The position numbers and the translations under genes are program-made. Shown one piece after another: positions 24,900 through 39,419 of a DNA stretch of 64,000 nt. Each line of letters begins with the position of its first letter. The stretch's first letter is position 1. The notes beneath the pieces were generated by a model that was not told the origin of the DNA, searched no databases, and saw nothing but the letters and a program-made list of their open reading frames with translations. The DNA is from Octopus vulgaris. Lineage: Eukaryota. The stretch covers positions 6,076,001 to 6,140,000 of the forward strand of contig OX597818.1 in NCBI GenBank assembly GCA_951406725.2. The letters run 5' to 3'.

Positions 24900-27360
24900 A
24901 ATTTCTAACATTATGCCCAACAAATACTGCTGCCACTTTTCCCCGTTCCGATGTTGACCTCATTCCTGCCAGTGCCTGTTTTTGCACACATTCTATTATC
25001 AAGATATGTGAAATAAGGTATATTTTCTAGGATTTGACAATTTATGACTTGGTAGATGGTACTGTATTTTATTTATTTTTTGATAATTTTGCATTATTGC
25101 GTAAATCAATTCCTCCATTAGGTATTTATCGATTTCAAACATGGCTCCAAACTTTCTTGTGTTTTTTCTATCAACGCTATTCCATTGTTAAGATGAAAAT
25201 CATGTAATATTTGCCATTAACCCGTATGAGCTTGTGAATCACTAAACCAATCAACCTGGAGAGCTATTAAAGTATGAAACGCTCTAATTTCACATCAATT
25301 TCGGCAATGAAAAACTATCAGTTTTTCAATTCCATGTAAGTACCAAGAAGAAACACTATGCATTGCCATCATTGTGTTTAGTAAGTTTTCAAATATTCTA
25401 TATCCTTTGACAATTTCTACATAACGTTTGTGTTTAATGAATACTATTTGTTGAGGTTTGCAATTTTGGTTAGCGATTGGCAATTGATATCAGATCGCCA
25501 TCAGTTTCAGGGAAATGAATATGATTTATTAGTAAAGATATAAACTTTACTTAAACCTGTGTAACGCTCTCACAGATTACTTCATGATCACTATAAGAAG
25601 AAATATATCTGTCTAGGTAAATAAAAAGTAATTAATATCCCTTTTATTAGCAGATTCGAAATTAGAGATGTGTAAAAAGCCTGGTGTTTTCTCGAGAGAC
25701 AGAGAAATGATTCTTTTCACTAGTGCTGTATAGTAACATCCATTCTGAAACTGGAAACCTATCAAGTATCCTCGCCAAATCTGTAGCCTTGCATTCTTCT
25801 CTTTTCAACGATATATCCTTTTCATGAAGTTTCTCCAATGAAATTTCTTCACTGTCCAAATAATATGATGTCTGCAAAATTTCAAGAGATCCAAATTAGT
25901 TTGATTCTTCTATAAAAAGTTACTTTTGTTTCCCTGCTTTTCTATCTTTGATCAAGGCCTCTTCGTACAATTTCTGGATTGTTATAAATTGATACCAATT
26001 GATACAGCGTTACTCAATTCTTTTTTACTTCTTTTTAGAGATATTCTGCATTTTTGTTTTTTACCCGATCATCAATAAAATGTGCTTCTATTCGGGGAAC
26101 GTCTTTTGTTCTACTACCATGTATCATATACTCCACTTTAGCGTCATGTTTGATATGATGCTTAAATAACGCCCATCTTCCTTGCCTATGACATTGCGTC
26201 TTGGCGATATTCACTACTTACTGTTTTCAAGTGGCTCATCCTATTTAAATTTGGGTTGCCTTAATTGTATGTTTATTTAATTTTCTATCATAATATCTCT
26301 TTCTGCATTTACTATACACTAGATTATTGCAATCTCGTTGGTAATATCATCGTATGTTTTCATTAAACAAGTCTCTGGTTGTATTGCTCCACTTGGCAGC
26401 TATGCAATGTATTTTAGCAAACAATAAATGATACAACCAAAAGAATACCATGTAATGGGACTAGATTAGAGATAATCGGTTTTAGCTGAGGAAACTTGAA
26501 ATAATTCAGCGGCCAAACAAGATGTAGAAACCTTATGGAAATGTAGAAATCGTTATGACGCATACGAGCAACCGCATCGGCATACTAATTCATTTATACG
26601 TCATAAATAATATAGTAAACTTATATCATAAGGGTAGAGATGTGGCATCGATACTACAGTTTTATATGGTTATATACTCATACACACTAAAGGCGCACAC
26701 GCATACATATACACCTCTATAAAGGTATGTTTGTTTGACATTAACGAAATTTCATAAAGCTTTCTGCAAATTCAAACCAGTGACAAGAGCAATAATAATG
26801 CTACTAACCCCTATCCGAGATCATAAATTTGCTTCCTATAATATTGTCTTACTTTGCCAACGCTGATACAAATGTCATACCAAATCAAGTGATGTTGTAG
26901 CAACCTGGAGCATGCAGGAATATTTTGTCGCTCATAATTTGGATCTGTTTCTGCCTTCCTCTCTAGGTTGCGGATCACTGCTTTACTTCTTAAATTCAAT
27001 AATAACTGTGAATGAACTTGTGTATTAATTTACTGAATTACGCTTCCTTCAAATGCAGCCTTACATTCAATTCATTACAACTCTCCATTTATCTGTAATT
27101 TACACAGTCTGCTGTCATTTCTCGACCTGCATCAGAAAATGAAAGATATGAAGAAGTAGCTTGGTTATTTTCCTCATTGACTTTTGCGGTACTATTGCTT
27201 TACTTCAATTTCAGTGTAGATTTTCCCTTCTGTGGACATCCCAACAGATTCGATTACGAGTTCTGTCAACACTGCAAACATGCACCTACTTCATACAAAA
27301 CTGCTGATCTTTTACACTGAGGAACGTCATCAGATAACACTAGTCAGTTCATGAAGATCA
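24900..27360 (-). pseudogene. Unidentified decayed coding-like block
   Basis: Protein-like minus-strand frames, e.g. VVNIAKTQCHRQGRWALFKHHIKHDAKVEYMIHGSRTKDVPRIEAHFIDDRVKNKNAEYL*, plus ORFs 25662-25877 and 26811-26999. Confidence 0.35.
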
Positions 27361-27514
27361 CCCATCTTAGGGTATCGTCAAATCAATAACCATGCATACT
27401 ACATACATGTTTGAGGAATGTTGGTGAAAATGTATATATGCATACATGTAAATAATTACACATATTTACATGTGTGTAATCCTCAACAAGTACGCAGTCA
27501 AACACAAACACACA

Positions 27515-27583
<69 letters not shown>

Positions 27584-27637
27584 CATGTATATTTATCTAT
27601 CTATCTATATATATATTCCTATATGCATGTATATATG

Positions 27638-27681
<44 letters not shown>

Positions 27682-27724
27682 TATATCTATGTATGTATAT
27701 GTATATATACACACCTCCCGCAAA

Positions 27725-27853
27725 AGAGACCGATAGAATAAGTACTAGGCTTACAAAGAATAAATCCTAGGGTCGATTTGCTCGACTAAAGGCGGTGCTC
27801 CAGCATGGCCACAGTCAAATGACTGAAAGAAGTAAAAGAGTAAAAGAGTTAGA
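27725..27853 (+). mobile_element. 3' half of tRNA-derived SINE
   Basis: agagaccgatagaataagtactagg...ggcggtgctccagcatggccacagtcaaatgactgaaagaagtaaaagagtaaaagag. Confidence 0.85.
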
Positions 27854-28375
27854 GTATATATACACACTTAAAGTATTGTTTTAAAATGGTGCTTATGACA
27901 CTTCGAAATTGAATCATTAAGTCATTCACATAGCATTTAAAATTATCCAAGTGTGTATGCTTTGCTGTGCCAATTATTAAAAAGAAAATGTAAAACTACA
28001 CTTGTCTAACGTATTTTGCGCTACGTGTAATAGAACGTTGCTTCTATGAATTACAATAAAGATCCTTTTCCAACGTATAATGTTATGTTTAGGCATGTAT
28101 CTCATATATTAGTGTCTGAGTAAATGTGGTATGGAATTAATATCGATTTTAGTCGAATACATAAAAAAAAAGTCGACAATTGAAATATTTTTCACAGTAT
28201 TAAACTGAAATTGACTTGTCGATGAAATGCTTTTGCCGGCAGTTCATGTCAATGGTAATTAGATTTACACTGTAAAATTATATTCTACCTGTATCTTTTT
28301 TATTTTGTTCTTGATATTTAAAAAATCCCATCAAACGTATATGTATTTCAGTATTATTGGAATTTTTTTTAATGC

Positions 28376-28416
<41 letters not shown>

Positions 28417-28616
28417 CACGTGCATACATACATGCATACATACATACATACATACATACATACATGCATGCATACATACATACATGCATGCATACATACA
28501 TACATACATGCATGCATACATACATACATACATACATACATACATACATACATACATACATACATACATACATGCATGCATGCATGCATACATACATACA
28601 TACAGTTACATATCTG

Positions 28617-29684
28617 CGAGGGGTGTATGAAAAGTCTTGAGCCTCAAAACACAAAACATGGTACAAGACTTCTGATGATTTATTTTTTCAACATAGTCCC
28701 CTCGATGGCTGAACACTTTCTCCGGCGGTGCTGAAACGCCATTATCCCGCCGTAGAAGAGCTCTTTTGTTTGAGACTTCAAGAAACTACCTACAGCATCT
28801 ATGAAGTCATTGTCACTGGCAAAATGGCGACCAGCCAGGTTCTTTTTTCATTTTTGGAAATAGATGGAAGTCAGAGGGGGCTAAGTCTGGCTAATAAGGC
28901 GGATGGGGAACTAGTTTGTATCCACAATCACGAATTATTGCCATGGCAACAACTGAGGTGTGGGCTGGAGCATTGTCGTGATGAAAAAAGACTCCTCTAG
29001 TAAGAATTCACGGCCGTTTTCCTTTGATTGCTTCCCGGAGTTGTTTCAGTAGCTGAGAATAATATAGCCCTGTCACGGTGTGATCCTTTTCAAGGCAATC
29101 GATCAGCAAGACACCTTGAGAATAAAAAAAAACGGACGTGAGGGACCCACCTTGCAGAAACCTTTGAGAAACTTTGTTTTCTTTTGTCACAATGTTGTCT
29201 ACACTTTCAGATGAGATGCCCAGTCTCTCGGATATCTGTCGATATGACATTCAGCGATTTTGCATTATCATACCAAGAGCAAAGTCAAGGTTGTCCTTAG
29301 TGGTTGCAGTTAGAGGTCTCTCTGGTCTGGGATCATCTTCCACACACTCCCTGCCACGCTTTAATTCATTTACCCAGCGTTTGACTGTTGCATATTAAGG
29401 ATCATTATCTGTTAAGGTTCTCACCATATCTTCATGGATTCCTGATGGAGTCATGCCTTTCAAATGAAGGTACTTTATGACAGCACGATACTCAGTTTTC
29501 TCTATTTTCTTTGTAAACTCGAAGCTTGCTTATTAAAAAATCTGCAACAAAAACAATTTAAATATCAGAATCATGAAAATGAGCAAGATTACCCCGAACA
29601 TACTGTACTTACTAGGAAAATTTTTTTCAGCTATATAGCAACCCCGTTTCTAGATTAGGCTCAAAACTTTTCATACACACCTCG
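28617..29684 (-). mobile_element. Internally deleted mariner transposon with both TIRs
   Basis: TIRs cgaggggtgtatgaaaagtcttgagcct / aggctcaaaacttttcatacacacctcg; remnants SVFFYSQGVLLIDCLEKDHTVTGLYYSQLLKQLREAIKGKRP, FHHDNA, PYxPDLAPSDF. Confidence 0.92.
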
Positions 29685-29693
29685 CATATCTCA

Positions 29694-29757
<64 letters not shown>

Positions 29758-29774
29758 TTATATATATGAATTGA

Positions 29775-31070
29775 AATGTATTTCACCAGTTTCAGCTCCC
29801 GAGCTGCAGCCATGCTGGCACACCGCCATTTGGTGTTGCTACATAATTTTTATTGCACTGATTCATTTTGGAACTTGACATTTGGTGCATGAGGGAGTTT
29901 TTCTGACCTGCCCTTCCTGCACTTCCTGCTGTGAAGTTGGTTCATCTGCGACTCTTGACAGTCAGAAACCTAGTTTCGTTTGGAAGAGACCTGCATCCAC
30001 CCCATTCAAGTTTCTCAGGTCCTTCGGGAGGATATTATGGAGCTGTTGCAATACATTGTCCTAGATTTTGATGGCAAAGCTGGAGTCTTTGGCACTATGT
30101 AATGGTGCCTGTTCTAGTGTTAGTGTACCTCTCATTTCCAAAGTTGGAACAAGGCACATCTCTCCCGCCTGCGCTCCAGGGAATAGAGTCTCAATCTCTT
30201 GAGTCTTTCCCTGTAGCTTATATGCTGCATATAGGCTATCTTCTTCGAGTTGCTTCATTGCATTGCCTGAAGTTCGACAATTAATTTTACACTGGTTGGT
30301 GACCATACCTGGGACCAATAGTTAGAGCGGCTTAGGACAAATGTCCTCCAGAGGACTATTATGGTTTCCTGATCTCTCGTTTTGAAAGTTCTAAGAACCA
30401 AGCCTGTCAGCCCTGCATTTCATTGCCAACTTAGTAACGTACCCATGGAATGATGCATCATTACTCAGGTAAATGCCCAGGTCTCATATTGACTGTGTCT
30501 CTGGTATTGCAATCCATCCAGGTCCAGTGAATTTAATTGGTATTGCATTTATTTCTGCATGCTGACATCATTAGGCTTGAAACTTTTCACCAAGGCAGGT
30601 TATTCTTCTTAGCTCACTTGTATGTTTAATCTAGCTAGCGTTGCAGGTGCATAACGTCTAAAGAATTCTGCATTACTTGTGAGACTTTTCTATCATCTGC
30701 ATAACTTGTGATTGTGTGTTCTGTGTGGCTGGGGCTTAATTGAGAGGACCATTATAAACTGTAATGTTCCGAAGCAGTGCCTTGCGGAACACCGCTCACT
30801 ATTTGCGCGTCATTTCAGGTGACCCGATTGGCTACTACTGCTTGATTCCTATCTTTCAGAAATTCATGCAGACATCACGCAATTTGTGATATAGTATTCC
30901 ATGATCAACTTTGTCGAACGCCTTTGCAAAGTCGAGGAATATCACATCCACATATGAGTGGTTGGGCAGCTGTTTCAACACCCGGTCATAATGTTGTTGG
31001 AGCTTAGTTAGGCAGTTTCTTCCTGGACGGAAACCATGGGTGTCAGCAAGTCATTTTTCTCAAACGATGA
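29775..31070 (-). mobile_element. Decayed 3' part of CR1-group LINE, same family as 42780-47415
   Basis: HGFRPG, DVIFLDFAKAFDKVDHG, SYADD remnants and same 3' tail (atgtagcaacaccaaatggcggtg...cagctcgggagctgaaact). Confidence 0.88.
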
Positions 31071-31160
31071 TGTGGAACAAACAGCGACACACATATACAT
31101 ACATACATATATATATATATGTATATATATATACACACATATTTACATACATACATACAT

Positions 31161-31233
<73 letters not shown>

Positions 31234-31318
31234 TCCAAACATGAAAGCAAAAAACACAACAACGCGAGGACGTGGAACAAATATAGTATTATTGGACGCT
31301 CAGGAAAGAAGGAAAGAA

Positions 31319-31372
<54 letters not shown>

Positions 31373-31403
31373 GGTTGGAGATGATATACAGGTATTTTAT
31401 ATC

Positions 31404-31727
31404 AGAAGAAATGAGGTACTCAGAAATTCGGATGGTTTTATATTTACAGATATTTATTTGTATATTACGTGTTTTTATACATCATATAACGTATATATAT
31501 CATATATATTAGCGCCTTCGTCAATTCTGGTGGAGTTTTCAAATTGCGTCCATTCTGGTGGATTTTTCTAATGGAACAGTTCCATTTGAAAAGTCCACCA
31601 GAATGGACGAAAGCGCTAATATATATGATATATGATATAAGTTATAGGATGTATAAAAACATGTAATATACAAATAAATATCTGTAAATATAAAACCATC
31701 CGAATTTCTGAGTACCTCATTTCTTCT
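31404..31727. repeat. ~325 bp palindromic element next to (TA)n, with hammerhead-like motif
   Basis: agaagaaatgaggtactcagaaattcggatggttttatatttacagat mirrored at right end; TTGAAAA-GTCCA CCAGAA TGGAC-GAA-AGCGCT-A at 31586-31618. Confidence 0.8.
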
Positions 31728-34087
31728 AATACATATATATATATATATAAAAGGAGCATCTTTCAGATTCCGTCTACCAAATCCACCCACAAGGCTGTAG
31801 TTGACTCCAGGCAAGATTCTCTCCACTCAGCATATATATGTAAATAAGTGCATATATGTAAGTATGCACATATATATCTAAGTAATCAACGGATATGAAT
31901 TAGATATACTCAACGATATGTAATAGAGTGTGTTAAATATAACAAATTCTGGTTTGCGTGTGATTGATGAGAGAATCACACACACACACAAACAAAATGC
32001 CAATATTAGCGACATATATAAATTAATATTTTTGTTTCACGGAAATCCCTGTGTTGCATCATGAAGTTCGCTTGCTGACAATTTTCCCAGTAAAATATCA
32101 TTATAAACTTTATCTTTATTCTAATGAGACTGTAATCTGTCAATGAGTACAATGAATTTATGTGTTGTAGTTTTAAATATATAAGTAAGTATAATGCCAT
32201 ATCATATATTGACTAACGACAGAGATTAAATGAATAGTTGCTAGTAACTATTAAGATAATTGGAGATTCATATTAGTTTAATCCAGGGAAGCTACAAGTG
32301 ATAGAGTGATTAATCCTGGGGAAAGTGTTAATTATTAATCTATTTATACAGTTGTTGCTCTAATATATTCCTGTTTACTATTGTGACATCTGCTAAAAGT
32401 TTTTGAATTGATATTTTTATAGTTTAAAGATATATTAATGCTGTAGCATATGGAGTTATTTTTAGGTATTGTATAATAAGAGATAATGATTTTAGTTATG
32501 AATGGATAATGATTATAGTTCTAGCTACCGAAACTAACATTCATTATATTTAGTAATACATGAAAATTTGCCTTTAGAAATATCCTAGTTTTCAAAAGAA
32601 AAAGATCTTTTGAAAATAAACCATTAGCGTGTACTTCATTTCAATAATAATTATATTGTAACGGTAAAATCATATTCTATCAGTACATTATATATTTTGT
32701 TTTTGTTAAAATTCATAAAATTGTAAATACTTATACGATTTTGCTGGTCATTTTCATTTCCATGTCAAATTTATAAATAAGAGAGTTTGCTACGAAGTAG
32801 ACTTTTTAGCGGTCAACTAAAATAAAATAGACAAGTTAAAACGATGATATAGTACAATTCCCATACCGGTAGAATGGGCTCTGGTTAAACCGCTATAACC
32901 ACGTTGAAAAATAACTGAGATTTGAATAAATTAACCAATGCGTATCACCTCTCTTTTTCTGAAATGTCTGAAATGTAATTTCGAACAATCTCACCACGGA
33001 AATTATTTTTCGGCTTTTAGTCCCATTAAGGCCCTTAGCATAATTACTACTTATGATGTTCCTCATACTGTTCATAAAAATAATATCATTTAAGTTTTGG
33101 CGATAAAATTATTTGGAGATGTTATGCCGTTGGAAATATACTTGGTCGATTGGAATTGTAAAAGATCGCATTTTATATCAATACTGTAAATATATTTCAA
33201 GAAAGTTATTTTCTGTTTACTGATGAGGAAAGTTTATTGTTTTTAATACACAATTTTCTATCGATTTTGATAGGTTTCCTGGCTGTGTAATGGTTCGTAA
33301 CTGAAGACAAACCTAAGTTATTTCCACCCAAGATTCTATGTCTGTTAAGCGAACGGTCATGTTTAGTTTGACTTAGTATGATTGAATTATTGAATGTTTC
33401 CAAGAGAATAAAATGCGTTGATGTTTTTTTTTTTTGTTATATGTGGAACTAAACCATTAAGTTTTAAATTAGGTTTCTAATACATCAATATGATATGATC
33501 TTATGAATATGAAAATATGACTGTTATATTTAGAACTTCTGTGCCTATATGCCTTCTCTGCCGTTGGATTTGGGGTGTGTAAGCATATAACGCCTGGTGG
33601 TAGTCAGAACTAAGACAATTAAGTGAATGAGCGCAGATTTCAACAGATGTTCTTTCTCTGTGCATGTCGTTTTTGAAATAGGTCAAAACGTAAGTTGATG
33701 GTAAATTCGGCTATCGAAAGTTCAGTTGTCTTGTGTATCGCAATTGCATGTGTGATGCTTTGCTTTGATATATTTTGTTGCTTTTGGTCTAAGTGTGCAG
33801 AAATAAAGGGAAATGTGTCACGTGTTGTTTTTGTGCTGTGTTGAAAAAGTGAGTATATCCTCTGTCACAGTGAGCTTACATATTGTTATGTTTGATATTT
33901 TGTGGCTACTCAGATGGTTCAGTGAAAGATGTGAGTATGGAAATTTTGTGTGATCTATAGTTCAGATGGGAAACTGGGCTTAGAATTATTTAAAAACTGT
34001 TCTAATTCTTTCGAGCTGGCGCAAAATCGCCGTTGGTGATCAACACAAAAGCACACACGCATACACTTGTGCATACACACACATATA

Positions 34088-34131
<44 letters not shown>

Positions 34132-34199
34132 AACTCACACACATACACTCCCACATTCACTCACTCACACATATAAATGATGGCTATTCACTCCTGACA

Positions 34200-34530
34200 G
34201 AGGAAGTCCACCACTGACCACCACTAAGAACACTTTGCTTTCCGACAAGATTATTCTTTAGACGAGTGTCTCTGCTGGCACTAATGAGGTAAAATCGTGA
34301 GTTACACACGCTCGCAGATACAGCAGATGATATTTCCCAAATTCACTACACTGGTGATCGATATGGAGCTGTTCGTTTTAAATTCAGCATGCTAAATGTG
34401 AGTTTCTGCAAACATATCCACTCCCACCGTTAATTGTTTTCTTTCCTGGGACAATGGTGCACAAAATGAACAATCAGAAGATCCCTAAGCAGATGCTATA
34501 GGAAGAACTATAGTCTAGAAGAAACCAGGA
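34200..34530 (+). mobile_element. Highly decayed RTE-like LINE remnant
   Basis: VHKMNNQKIPKQML*EEL resembles the RTE HVxRMxxxRxPKQxLYGEL motif. Confidence 0.4.
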
Positions 34531-34596
34531 CTAAATATTATAAGAAGGCCTATTGAAGTCACGTGAGTTATACATACATATATATTTACTTACATT

Positions 34597-34728
<132 letters not shown>

Positions 34729-36104
34729 CATACATACATACATACATACATACATACATACATACATACATACATACATACATACATACACTCGACGGTT
34801 TTCTTTCCGTTTCCGTCCACGAAATATACTCACGATGCTTCAGTCGGCTCGCTAAGTGGAACACACATGCCTATAGTGTCATGAGGTGGGACAGAAATTA
34901 TGCGTGAACTGTTTCAAATTTTATACAGGAAAAATACAATATGTAGTCCTGATTGTATAAAATTATGTAATGTGTTCTAAACTTCATATTAAAACACTCA
35001 TATTTATTATCTGGAATCGTTGACGGATCTTAAACTGTAAAACTTATATCATATTTTTCAGGTTTTAAAATTGAAGTAGCTCATCTATTTATTTAGTATG
35101 TACCAAAATAGTTTAGTAATATGCTTATATGTACATGTGTTTATATGAACACATGTTTCTAATTGCGATTACATGTAAGATATATAAATATTTCACTTCA
35201 TTCAGACAAATATTTCCTTCATATTCCGAAATTATACTTTTATATTTTCTTTCTTTTTATTATGATTTATTGGGAAAATTGAAATTATCCGCCATGTCTT
35301 TTCCGTAGCTAAGAGTAAATGTCATTACATAAATTTCGTATTTGAATATTCTATAAATTGTGGACATTGGATTAAAATATTACTGAGCATATTTTAGTCT
35401 GTTTCAGTATGAATGTGGATATGTATTCAGTCATGATTATTTCATTTGCTACATAATTTTACTTCCCAGTATCAAAATTTCATACTTATCCGACATCAAT
35501 ATCTTAAACTATATTCGAGAGCAAATGTCACTTGTGTAAAGAAACGTTATTCAAAAGGTTAAATCATAGGTCAAGTAAACAAGTTAAGTTTTGAACGACA
35601 ACACTACAATCCACATATATACATGCATGCATACATACAAACATACATACATACATACATACATATATACATACTCGTACACGTGCACATATACGCAAGT
35701 ATATATGCATTTATGTGCGTACGTGTGTATGTACATTTTCACATATTTATAAGCTCACGCCCTTATAAGCACTTTCTCCCTACAACATACGCAGAAACAC
35801 AATGACATGTTACTTCTGAAATACTGAGTATACACACTCACACACACACAAACACACACAGGCACACACAAACACACACATGTATGTGTATATTTCTGTG
35901 CGTGTATTTGTCGAAGTAAAATTAATGTACCATCATATTTTCGTAACTTCTGCAGTCACAAATTTTCTTTTTCTTTATTTGCTTTCTTCTTATTTTAAAA
36001 CTTTTTATACCCTTCCAACTTATTTCATGAATTCGTAATTTATTTCTGTTTTATACGCCTACATTTTATTCCTTCCTTATTGAATGGAACTTATTGAACA
36101 CTAA

Positions 36105-36223
36105 GCTGTGTGGTAAGAAGTTTGCTTCCCACCCACAAGGTTCCAGGTCCAGTCCTATTACGTAGATCTTGCGCAAGTGTCTTCTACTATTTTGTTAGAC
36201 AGAAACTGGAAGAAGTCCTTTAC

Positions 36224-36254
<31 letters not shown>

Positions 36255-36490
36255 CATATATATTTGTGTGTGTGTTTGTGTTTGTCCCCCACCTCGCCCG
36301 CTATCACTTAACAACCGATGTTTGTGTGTTTATGTGCACGTAACTTAGCGGCAAAAAAACAGATACAATAAGTACTAGGTTTACAAAGACTAAGTCCTGG
36401 GGACGATTTCTTCGACTAACACTCTCTAGAGCGGTGCTCTAGCATGGCCACAGTCAAATGACTGAAACAATTAAAAAGATAAGAGGAGAA
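36105..36490 (+). mobile_element. Degenerate tRNA-derived SINE with internal (TA)/(TG) tract
   Basis: gctgtgtggtaagaagtttgcttcc head; gcggtgctctagcatggccacagtcaaatgactgaaac tail. Confidence 0.8.
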
Positions 36491-36594
36491 CGTACCGTAC
36501 CACTAAACCAAGAGGGTACCTTTAATATGCACGATGTATTTTAAGTCTAAATAGCAATTCTGTTTACGCACGCGGATATATTCATGCATATATT

Positions 36595-36625
<31 letters not shown>

Positions 36626-37149
36626 ATGTGTGTGTGTGTCTGTGTGTGTGCTTTATGGTGATATATCATATGATCTGGATCATTTTCATCGTGGTTACTA
36701 GCTTGGTAGCTTCCATGAGATGATTGAATAGATTTATGTACGGAGAGAATAACGATAAATTAATTATTTAATTAATCAACTAATAATATCCGTATTTCAT
36801 TATTCTAATGAAAATTAAGAACATTTAGTTAACAATAACATTTAGTCCACATGCCAGAACTCATTAGGAACATTAATCCTGTCTGGCATGCACGAAATAA
36901 ATTCGATACCACGAGAGTGAAAGACTGCTGTTAAGTCCCGACACACAGATTGCAGTTGGATAGTATTTCATTCGTAAATTACGTGAAGCAAAACCTTATC
37001 AGTCACCTGAGCTATATTCATAAAAAGTATTTACATTTATCATAGCCAATGAATAAGCATTTATAACAAGGATTCAGCTGCTATTCGTCCTTAGTTTTTC
37101 TTTTATTTCATTTTATTGAATGTCATATAACGATACACATACACACACA

Positions 37150-38372
37150 TATTTTGGTAAAATTTACTGATATTTTCTTTTTCGTAGCACATTGCACAAG
37201 GCTGTCTCTCTTCCTCTCTCCCTGTTCATTTTGCGTCATTATTATATTTTGGCAATCTTTATTTTTTTTAGAAATCTAATACATCTAATACATCTATTTT
37301 TTTATTCTAACTCCTTTTGCACTTTATAAAGTATTTATAAATCGTTTTTTGCTATTTCTGTTTAGAGATGGATAAGTCAGAAATTCGTACAGTTTTGATG
37401 TATGAGTTCTTTCTTTGAAATACAGCATCCACAGACAGCTCGGAATATTAATGCAGCATTTCATTCTCATGTTATTACACAGCAGACAGTATCAAAATGG
37501 TTTGCAAAATTTCACTGATAACATTGACCTCACAAATGAGCAACACGGTCGACCAGAAACAAAGGTGGATAATGACGAACTGAAAGCCACCGTCGAGTCA
37601 GATCCTTCTCAAAGTGACTGCGAATTATCGTGGTTATTTGGTGTTAGCAAGCAAACAATATTGACTCACCTAGTTTAAAACAGTAAAGTGAAAAAAGTTG
37701 GATAAATTGGTTCTACATGAACTCAATGAAAATCCGAAACAATAAAGTTTGGAAGCCTGAATTATGCTACTTTCTCGTCACAAAATGAATCATATTGAAT
37801 CGAATTATAGTGTGTGGTGCGAAATCGATCCAATACAACAACTGTAAACGTTCAGCATAATGGTTGGACAAAATGGAGCTACCAAAATACAGTCCAAAAA
37901 GAACAGATGATGGTATATGTTTGGTGGTCAAGTATAGGTGTGATCCCTTATGATTTCATTAAACCTGGCTCATCATTCATGGCGAAAGTAGACTTTAGCC
38001 AACTGGACCGATTGATGCAGAAACTTATCACAAAAATGACGTTAGCGAAATTACAAGAGTTGGAAGTTCTCCATCATCCACCATACTCACTTGATATTGC
38101 CCACACTGGCTACCACTTCGTTCAGAATTTGGATAACATTTTGGTAGAAACAAATGTAATTCCGAGGATGCTGGAAAACAGGTCTTCCAGGATTTTATTG
38201 ACTCTAGATTGCCAGGCTTTTACAGTTCTGTGCTAGACAAGTTACCGCTGAAATGGCAAAAGTTTATTGACAATATAGGTGCATACTTTGATGAATAAAT
38301 CTATTCATTGTATTCATAAAATATTAGCAAACTTTTCTCCTTTTCTACAAATTTCATACTTGACAACCTAAT
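37150..38372 (+). mobile_element. Decayed mariner transposon
   Basis: MDKSEIRTVLMYEF start at 37368, HGRPETKVDNDELKA, MVYVWWSSIGVI, HPPYSLDIAHTGYH, GAYFDE*; right TIR ends caacctaata. Confidence 0.9.
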
Positions 38373-38699
38373 ACATATACAAAATTATAATTAAGGGCAT
38401 ACAAGATATTTTTCAAGCCTATAAGTCGAAGATAGACACTAAATCGCCTCACTGCTTTAAAAATCATTTGAGTTTGCCCTCCTGTAGTTATACATATATA
38501 TCTCATTTGTTTCCTGTATCTATGCTCTACTGATGAGGAAAAGACATGGCGCAGTACCAGAAATTAGCTAATCCTGGACTATATATTTCGCCGTCAAGTG
38601 ACTGAAACAAATAAAAGAATAAAAGAATATATATATAAAAGACAAATAGGCATTTATATACACGTACATATAAATCTACATATATAAATACATATATAT

Positions 38700-38860
38700 A
38701 CGAAGGACTTCTTTCAGCATCCGTCTAACAATTCTACTAACAAGGCTGTAATCAGCCCGATGTCTTAGCAGAAAATCCTTGCCCAAGGTGCCACACAGTG
38801 GGACTGAACCCGGAACCATGTGGTTGTTAGGCAAGCTATTTACCACGCAGCCACTCCTGC
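38700..38860 (-). mobile_element. tRNA-derived SINE 5' part
   Basis: Minus strand gcaggagtggctgcgtggtaa (A-box like)...gggttcagtccc (B-box like). Confidence 0.8.
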
Positions 38861-38895
38861 GTCTATATGTATGTGTATGTATGTATGTACGTATG

Positions 38896-38965
<70 letters not shown>

Positions 38966-39244
38966 CATACATACATACACAGGCACACAAACACACACAC
39001 ATATATATGTACGTATGTATAAAGTATATAAAATGTTTTTATTATACCGAGAGGAGGACCCGTAATACGATTCCTTACATGCGCAAGGCAGCTACGTCTT
39101 TATCAATTATGGATTCTAACTTAGTGTGCAAGCGTAAATATATAGTCCAGCAGTAACTAAACAAATTTAAAAACTGTGCTCTATATAGCTTCAGATTTAT
39201 AAATATTACTATCGTAATATTACTAAATATTATACCTACGGTTC

Positions 39245-39303
<59 letters not shown>

Positions 39304-39419
39304 GGTAGTTGTCTACTCCTTATATAAAGTTCGACCACATCTTCTGTCTATGCCTTAGATCCATCATGGCGTTTAATGTGGTTTTTTAAACTAGATAATG
39401 CTTCTGAAAGTCACTCACA

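Noticed and set aside
38525-38580. CTGATGA-GG...CC-A-GAA-ATTAGCTAAT-C hammerhead-like string
   Set aside because: Stems I and II are too weak to call; possibly a decayed copy
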